10,164 nucleotides of DNA from a virus (taxonomy: Duplodnaviria; Heunggongvirae; Uroviricota; Caudoviricetes), in IMG/VR virus record IMGVR_UViG_3300009788_000100, one strand, 5' to 3'. The notes below the pieces were generated by a model. It had not been told where the DNA came from. It searched no databases and was given only the letters and a program-made list of their open reading frames with translations. A program made the position numbers and the translations under genes. This document shows positions 7,552 to 10,164 of this stretch, one piece after another; the stretch's first letter is position 1; each line of letters opens with the position of its first letter.

Positions 7552-8254
7552 TCAAGCTCCCCCGGAATTCATCAATGTTGGAGCACTCTAACACGGCACG
7601 TTCACCAAAGCCCCACAAGTGTTTACGGTAGTGGGTGGCAGCGGCTTCTCCGTAGTACCCTCCGCAGCTCCATTGTTCGTCGGCATCATCAAGGTGGCCG
7701 TATTTCTCCGCTGTTTCCTTCTTGGACTTTACAACCTGCTGGGCGGGGGAACGGTAGTGTTTAACAGTTTTTAGGGGTTTGGGGTCTACTAGTTCCCTTA
7801 GAGATGTTTTTATTTTTGACGGCGGAAGGGGGATTGGGTTATTCCCAACCTTCGAGTACTTAGGCGCTACTGTATAAGTGCCCCTTTCAAGGTCTAAGAT
7901 AGCCGAAATCCCTTTACTATTGCCGAGCAGTCCCTGGCAAGTCATCCCGAAATTACAGGTTGTTAAACCCTCTGTTGCCTCGAAATCAGTCCCATAAAAA
8001 CTACAACTGGAAAACTCGCATTTCCGGAAGCGCACCTTCGAGAGAAAAGCGTTATCGAAGTTACAGGCACTGAACTTGGTGTTTGTTATTAACATCTCAC
8101 GCATATCAGCGGTCACGAAGTCACAGTTGTAGTAAACACCCCCTGTGATTCGAGTTCCAACCATACGCGCTAGAAAGAAAGAAGCGTGGCGGTAGTCCCC
8201 GGTGAAGGTGTGCCCCACGGGGAAACGTTTTCGGCTGTGATTAGTATTGCTCAT
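7538..8254 (-). CDS. Pentapeptide-repeat protein with basic C-terminal extension
   Basis: YYNCD FVTAD MREML ITNTK FSACN FDNAF LSKVR FRKCE FSSCS FYGTD. Start is uncertain: ATG 8254 preferred over TTG 8341; neither has a clear SD. Confidence 0.75.
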   Translation of the reverse strand: MSNTNHSRKRFPVGHTFTGDYRHASFFLARMVGTRITGGVYYNCDFVTADMREMLITNTKFSACNFDNAFLSKVRFRKCEFSSCSFYGTDFEATEGLTTCNFGMTCQGLLGNSKGISAILDLERGTYTVAPKYSKVGNNPIPLPPSKIKTSLRELVDPKPLKTVKHYRSPAQQVVKSKKETAEKYGHLDDADEQWSCGGYYGEAAATHYRKHLWGFGERAVLECSNIDEFRGSLSEKR

Positions 8255-8271
8255 GGCTTTGTATTTAAAAG

Positions 8272-8859
8272 TTGAACGTCGGCCCCCCGGGGGCAGGCAA
8301 TGGTAACTTTCGGTATGGCCGTCCGGCGGCTTTATTAGCAATTCTCGTGGAGATACGACTGTTATCGATTAGACTGGCACTTGGACAGAATTACTGAGAG
8401 TTCTACCTTAGCTTTGTGTAACCATTGTTTCTCAGGGGGAGTAGTTCGCCCTCCGCCCGGCCAAGTATTGGGCAAGGTTTTCCTCGGTTGAGAACTAATG
8501 TTTCACAAACACAGCAGCTTCGCTCTAAGTAATTGCTGTTTAGTGCTTCACTAACATTCCCTCTAACTTCATCAAAAAAAAACGATGTCGTTAGGTTGCT
8601 TAGCCCTACAGTACATACACTGCCTGGAGGCTGCTTTTCGGTTTATGCTAAAGCATACCCCGGAAAGCATCCCATTTCCTTTTCTTAATAAAATTGCCAG
8701 GAGCGCCATGCGAGCTTGTTAGCATACAACACAAGCAGCATCTCCTTCGAGGATATGACAACACTTTCCCTTCCCGCGCTGTACATACACGTTCCAGTTG
8801 GTGTTAGCTAATCGCCGAAGTTACACATCTAACCAACCATAAAGGCGGCCGACGTTCAA
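8272..8859 (-). ncRNA. Candidate large structured ncRNA (~590 nt), unidentified
   Basis: Nested end-to-end complementarity: 8859-8847/8284-8272 (13 bp perfect), 8828-8815/8313-8300, 8814-8808/8372-8366 and 8798-8794/8377-8373, plus many local hairpins. No intact ORF of 60 aa or more inside. Confidence 0.5.
8272..8859. repeat. 13-bp perfect inverted repeat TTGAACGTCGGCC bounding a 588-bp segment
   Basis: Plus strand ttgaacgtcggcc at 8272-8284 and ggccgacgttcaa at 8847-8859. Confidence 0.95.
8403..8670 (-). pseudogene. Possible frameshifted CxxC...CxxC small protein (split at a T9 run)
   Basis: ATG 8670 with AGGA SD gives 32 aa ending TTT TTT TGA. The +1 frame continues 56 aa to TAG 8403. Overlaps the ncRNA candidate, so it may be spurious. 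Confidence 0.25.
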
Positions 8860-8862
8860 AAT

Positions 8863-9150
8863 TGGGGGCGCGGCGGGGATTTGAACCCCGCTCCACCGCA
8901 TTGTGGCTACAACAGCCAATGTTAACTAGGTCCGCACTCTGAAAATTTGTTCTCTTGTTACCGTTTTGGAGGCGGTATTCAAGTATTCCTTTTTAACAGA
9001 AGGGTCTCTAGTTTAGCCATTGGGGTGTAGCACGCGGTAAGACATATTCAGAGGGGACGGACATGCAGTCCCAATTGATTAGTGCCCTGAGGTACTCACG
9101 GAGAGGACGTGAGCAGCTCAACCTCTATAACCAGGCATGAGGTACGCGCC
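8863..9150 (-). ncRNA. tRNA-like RNA (288 nt) with ~230-nt internal expansion
   Basis: 5' GGCGCG-UA-CCUC-AUGCCUGGUUAUA-GAGG (acceptor strand plus D arm). 3' GCGGGG-UUCAAAU-CCCCGC-CGCGCC-C-CCA (T arm, complementary acceptor strand, encoded CCA). Confidence 0.55.
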
Positions 9151-9183
9151 GGGGAGATTCCACATACGAAGTGGTCACTCCCC
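9151..9183 (-). other. GC-rich hairpin immediately 5' of the tRNA-like RNA
   Basis: GGGGAG-UGA-CCAC-UUCGUAU-GUGG-AAU-CUCCCC ends exactly at the first G of the acceptor stem. No U-tract, so not called a terminator. Confidence 0.55.
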
Positions 9184-9197
9184 CCCTTCAACCTTTT

Positions 9198-10049
9198 CTA
9201 TCTCAGTTTCTTAATTATCCTCATTCTTTGTACGGCTCGCAGTGTTTCTTTTAGAATGGCCATCACTGCCTGCCGCGTAATCCTCTGATCTTGTTTGTTC
9301 GTATAGCCCAGCACCTCTAGCTGTTCTGATATTTCTTTCAGAGTGTAGTCTAGTGCTCGCATTGAAAGCACTGCGAAACGCTTTTCCCCAAGAGACTCCC
9401 GCAGCTGTTCGCTAAGCTGACGATTAGAGACTATTTCCTCTACGATTTCATTCTCTTTTGGGTACTTACTTAGGACGTCATCTGACACTACAAGAGATAG
9501 AGATTCCATTGCACGTTTGGCCAATGGGGCATACTTCATCTTTGAGTGGCCGGCGATGTTTCCTAACTTACGCTTTAGTTCTCTGAGATCCCTCAACACT
9601 AGAGGATTGAGTTCCGCTTCTATTTCATGCTCCTCTACAGCGATTATAGCTGTGATACTATCGGAGTCCTCCATAAAAAGTGGTTCTCTATCTAACAGGC
9701 GCTGCATTTGCTTAACGTACGAAGCGGCTTTAGCTACGTGCGTCGGTACATAGATAGGATTTTCATTACCGATGCAGTACTCATACATTTTACCTTTCAT
9801 ACGATAAATAGCATAGGTATGAAAGTCTGTTGAGCGCTCGGGGTTGAAGTCCCGGCAGGCAAGGACCAGCCCAAACAAAGCCTCTTGGACCAGATCGTCA
9901 TATTCCACACGAGTACGTTTGTACTTGTGAGCCATCTTTTGAATCAAGCGCAAGTACTCGTCATAGTGGCGCTCCACGTCTTTACGCGCTTGCTCGGGGA
10001 GCGCTTTAGTTTTGGTTAACAACGCCTTGTCCTCTTTGTTTTCTGCCAC
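9198..10049 (-). CDS. Sigma-70 family RNA polymerase sigma factor (group 3, FliA/SigF-like), probably phage-encoded
   Basis: Region 2 YDDLVQEALFGLVLACRDFNPERSTDFHTYAIYRMKGKM; region-4-like LGEKRFAVLSMRALDYTLKEISEQL; GTG start with GAGGG SD. Confidence 0.85.
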   Translation of the reverse strand: MAENKEDKALLTKTKALPEQARKDVERHYDEYLRLIQKMAHKYKRTRVEYDDLVQEALFGLVLACRDFNPERSTDFHTYAIYRMKGKMYEYCIGNENPIYVPTHVAKAASYVKQMQRLLDREPLFMEDSDSITAIIAVEEHEIEAELNPLVLRDLRELKRKLGNIAGHSKMKYAPLAKRAMESLSLVVSDDVLSKYPKENEIVEEIVSNRQLSEQLRESLGEKRFAVLSMRALDYTLKEISEQLEVLGYTNKQDQRITRQAVMAILKETLRAVQRMRIIKKLR

Positions 10050-10051
10050 GA

Positions 10052-10164
10052 CTATCCCTCTGTTCGGCGGATTATTCGTCCCCCTCCTTCAACTTTTTCG
10101 GGGGCTTCGATGAGCCCGCGTTGGGCCAAGTGTTGTGCCCCCTTATCCGTGATAACACGGCCCC
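10052..10164 (-). CDS. ruvB: 3' end of a RuvB-like Holliday-junction helicase (partial)
   Basis: The frame from 10162 reads (R)GRVITDKGAQHLAQRGLIEAPEKVEGGGRIIRRTEG*, resembling the RuvB C-terminal PRGRxxTxxGxxHL motif. The stop is 2 nt before the sigma start. Only about 37 codons are visible. Confidence 0.55.
   Translation of the reverse strand, partial: GRVITDKGAQHLAQRGLIEAPEKVEGGGRIIRRTEG

Noticed and set aside
8774-8780. AGCGCGG as the acceptor 5' strand of a permuted two-piece tmRNA
   Set aside because: A 6-bp match only, with no D-loop-like GGAUUCGAC after it. The 9150 site has a full D arm and fits better.
8719-8820. Short Cys-rich frame (VYVQRGKGKCCHILEGDAACVVC)
   Set aside because: No SD or convincing start, about 23 aa, and it lies within paired regions of the RNA candidate.
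8272-8859. Group II intron or RNase P RNA
   Set aside because: No domain V (AGC triad 34-nt hairpin) or GUGYG start at the boundary. GAGGAAAACC only loosely resembles RNase P GAGGAAAGUCC, and the 3' P4 partner is missing.
8863-9150. Canonical tmRNA or group I intron-split tRNA
   Set aside because: No G3.U70 or A73 alanine identity and no ssrA-like degron. No complementary anticodon-stem halves flank the insert, and no P7 GACUA/UAGUC pair was found. Kept only as a non-canonical tRNA-like RNA.
269-9753. All plus-strand ORFs in the track (e.g. 269-478, 2213-2605, 2918-3415, 9517-9753) and nested minus ORFs 831-1124, 4157-4420 and 6720-6950
   Set aside because: They overlap well-supported minus-strand genes and show no motifs; shadow ORFs.
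1-10164. CRISPR array, IS/transposase, alternative genetic code
   Set aside because: No regularly spaced repeats or transposase motifs. Genes are full-length in code 11, and TAA, TAG and TGA are all used as real stops.

Overview
A single co-directional minus-strand gene array, most likely from a large (jumbo-type) bacteriophage: tightly packed or overlapping ORFs, a free-standing HNH nuclease, auxiliary metabolism genes and its own sigma factor. In transcription order (right to left) it holds the 3' end of a RuvB-like gene, a group-3-like sigma-70 factor, and a ~900-bp gap with no long ORF. After the gap come two pentapeptide-repeat genes, an ATP-grasp ligase, a MORN-repeat protein and three small hypotheticals. 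A sigma70-type promoter then drives an NAD+ operon: NadM-Nudix NMNAT, NadE-type synthetase, HAD nucleotidase, HNH endonuclease and NadV/NAMPT, the last missed by the ORF track because it runs off the window. Most notable: (1) a NARP2-like NAD+ salvage module extended by NadE, with a degenerate Nudix box and repeated GGA-loop hairpins over its leaders; (2) two adjacent candidate structured RNAs in the gap, a 288-nt tRNA-shaped RNA with a pseudoknotted ~230-nt insert followed directly after its CCA by a ~590-nt element closed by nested long-range helices. All structures were folded by eye and no database searches were run.
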